Below, piece by piece: positions 61,251-64,000 of a stretch of DNA of 64,000 nucleotides; the stretch's first letter is position 1, and every line of letters starts with the position of its first letter. The position numbers were made by a program, and so were the translations under genes. The stretch is from the human T2T-CHM13v2.0 reference genome, Homo sapiens. The notes under the pieces are model-generated. The model worked only from the letters and a program-made list of their open reading frames with translations, had not been told where the DNA came from and did no database searches. The DNA lies in the NCBI RefSeq assembly GCF_009914755.1, contig NC_060940.1; one strand, 5' to 3'.

Positions 61251-63107
61251 CCAGGTAGCCGTACCACTGGTTCTGCCTCCCTGCATAGCTATTCAGAAGT
61301 GAGTTAAGATCTCTGACAGTCAGTTATGATCTCTGCCACCAGATCATAACTGTTGCTTGAGTCTAGCCACATTAGAATTAATCATGGTAGGTATTCTACA
61401 ATGGAGAGTATGGAAAAACAAAATAAAACTAGAACTAGAATTTTTAACTTGCTGTAGCATTTTCAAGGAAGGGATGTTGAGTCCATTGAACAAGAGAAAT
61501 TGGTCCCAAAAGTGAAAAATTCAAAGACTCATGGCTGCAAGACACAAATAAATCTGATACCTCTTTTTAAGGAAGGCTGTACTGGCTCCAACTCTGAAAA
61601 CAAGGATGAGAGATACAATTATTTACCCTGGATGCTTTAGGTGTTAGTCCACTTCAGTGTCAAAGGGCTAAGCAAATACTTTCTCCTTGACCTTCAATCT
61701 ATAGCAAAAGGAAGCCTAACCTTTTCAGGTAGAAATAGGTATGATTGCCACGTCAACCATGTCAATTGCTATATCAAAAGGGTGCTTTTGTTTGCCCTGC
61801 ATATTAACTGGACTTTCCAACTTCAGTTCCAATTGTATATTAACATGTTATTGAAAACGACGCGTAGCTAACATAAAAACTTTTGTATCTATTCAAAGAG
61901 GAGGCTACTGAGGATCTAATTTCCTTTTACAAATACCAATGTTTAAGGTCAAGCACAAGCACAGAGCTCACAACTATTGGTATTCATTGATGATGTTCAA
62001 TGAAGTCAATTTGGAAGGTGAATTTGAGGAATTTTACCAGGAGTTTTCATTCAACCTGAGTAATTCACCCATCTTTACTCATTACTTTATCAACTGTCTT
62101 GAGTCTAGATTTCTCCCCCCTAGTGCTGTCAAATACTGTATTAATGGACTTTATGTAGAACAACTGTGACATCAAGTGGCCAGCACACATCTATGTCTCC
62201 TGGCAGTCCCATCAAAATGGAATCCAGGTTCAATTTTCTGTACGTAGAAAACTAGGCAGATCCTTGAGTCACCATCAATGGTCTTCTCAACCAAGAAAGA
62301 GGGTAACATGATGTTAAAAGTTTTTCCCAAAAATTATTTCAATGGTCAAAAAAAAAAAAAAAAACAAAAAGTCCGCTGTGCTCAAAGAAGCAGCTAATTT
62401 GGAACATAAATTTTTCTGGCAGATTTTACATCAGAAAGCTTTGAATTTAAATATAAAAAGCCAGGATTTGCTTTCTAGACAGAATGCAATTCTAAAACGT
62501 CATGCAAATTTCTTTTTGGAGGAACAAATGCAAACATTTTGAGAAGAGCTCTCAATATGCACATGGCTTTGGGGAAACCATGTGTGAAATACTATTTTGC
62601 CTGAGGCAAACTATCTCCCACATTTGTTAAGGAAGAAAATAATAGCCAATATTCTGTATGACTGTTGACGGTATGAATGGTTTTTATCTGCATGGTTCTA
62701 CAATACATTGTCAGCTGCTTTTCTGGGAGTTCTGAAACATCATAGGATCCACAAACCGTGCACTAGACCATGTCTATTTTTAATATGTACCCTCAAGCAC
62801 CTAGTATAGAACTAAGCATCCTAGGGACACTCAAATACTTATTCCCTAACTACCACGTTTACCAATACATCCTCCCCACAACCTCCTTCTGCTGCTTTCC
62901 ATGTGCTGAGATGAAGAGGTCTTTCCTTTGTTTCCTTATTCCCTGATTTACACACACTCAATAATTTGCTACCTCCTCCCACATGTTGAAGTACTGGATT
63001 CATTGGTATTGCTTTCTGTTCCACTACCTCATTTTCTTGATTCCTTTTTTTCATTCTTTGGCAAATGCACAGGTAACAAAGGTATTAGACACTGGACACA
63101 GGCTGTC

Positions 63108-63226
63108 TAGCTGCCCTGTTCAACACAACCTCTGCAATGACCGAAACGCTTCACAGCTCCACTATCCAGCATGGCTGCCACCAGCTGCAGGTGGCTATCG
63201 AGCACCTGAAATGTGGCTAGGGTGAC
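63108..63226 (+). mobile_element. MER3 5' part, interrupted by MER50
   Basis: gtggctatcgagcacctgaaatgtggctagggtgac. Confidence 0.7.
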
Positions 63227-63385
63227 TGTTAGAGAAAGCAGTTAGGCAGACTTGAGCAGTGCAGGAGAGAGCCTCCCTCACCCCCAGGAACGTCAAGTGA
63301 CCATCAGGAGATGGTCAGGCAGTTGTTAAGCTGTCTCTCTAAAATAATAATTGGTCACAGCCAGCAACAAGGAAAGGCAGTCTCC

Positions 63386-63432
<47 letters not shown>

Positions 63433-63747
63433 CAGACAGAAAAAGAAAACACCTGAAGCTGCTGATCAGCAACCTCCAGATAAGATCTCAGGAGATGGGT
63501 GAGTGGGCTTAAGCATGCGCACTAAGAGGAAAAATGGCAGAGTTTAACTGGTATAAGATCTACCTCTAGGAACACTCAACTGGTCAGGGAAAAATGCCCC
63601 AAACGAACACGTACATGACCTGGGTAAACACACTGCGCATGCTCCCCTCCCACGTGCCAGCAGGCCCCTGTGTGTGCGAACAGTCCACCCAAAGGGAAGA
63701 ATCAGAGGAGAAGAGATACAAACCTGGGGATCATGCCAATGTATAAA
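63227..63747 (+). mobile_element. ERV1 LTR, MER50 (U3 region up to the TATA box)
   Basis: tgttagag...gttaggcagac...gaccatcaggagatggtcaggc...tctctaaaataataattggtc...ataagatctcaggag...gtataaaa, matching MER50 as I remember it. Confidence 0.8.
63386..63437. repeat. (AGAT)11(AGAC)2 tetranucleotide STR
   Basis: Direct read. Confidence 0.97.

Positions 63748-64000
<253 letters not shown>

Overview
Primate (almost certainly human) AT-rich, repeat-dense non-coding DNA. I can support no intact protein-coding gene: the long ORFs are Alu-, L1- or RPSA-retrocopy-derived, or chance. The one gene-derived feature is a full-length processed pseudogene of RPSA (40S ribosomal protein SA / 37-kDa laminin receptor precursor) on the minus strand at ~26346-27377. 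It has a 5'TOP start, a poly(A) remnant, a target-site duplication (TSD) and two in-frame stops. It may be RPSAP52 near HMGA2, but that is an unverified guess. The window holds about 22 Alus, many L1 fragments, ERVL/MaLR/ERV1 solo LTRs (LTR41, MLT1, MER50), hAT and Tigger DNA-transposon fossils, MIR/L2 fragments and several STRs. The most informative structures are in a nested-insertion block at 17-28 kb and nearby: (i) an L1PA whose TSDs bracket a ~200-nt 3' transduction, with an Alu later inserted into the TSD itself; (ii) a 355-bp, ~97% identical non-tandem templated duplication with palindromic junction scars; (iii) a twin-primed inverted L1 at 30.3 kb; (iv) a tail-to-tail inverted Alu pair ~30 bp apart. 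There is also a CpG-retaining, repeat-free enhancer-like block with a CTCF-like site (41.3-42.5 kb), and a MER50 LTR with an (AGAT)11 expansion and an Alu joined at its TATA box. I do not see a convincingly new biological system. Repeat subfamily names come from remembered consensus sequences, and the boundaries of old repeats are approximate.
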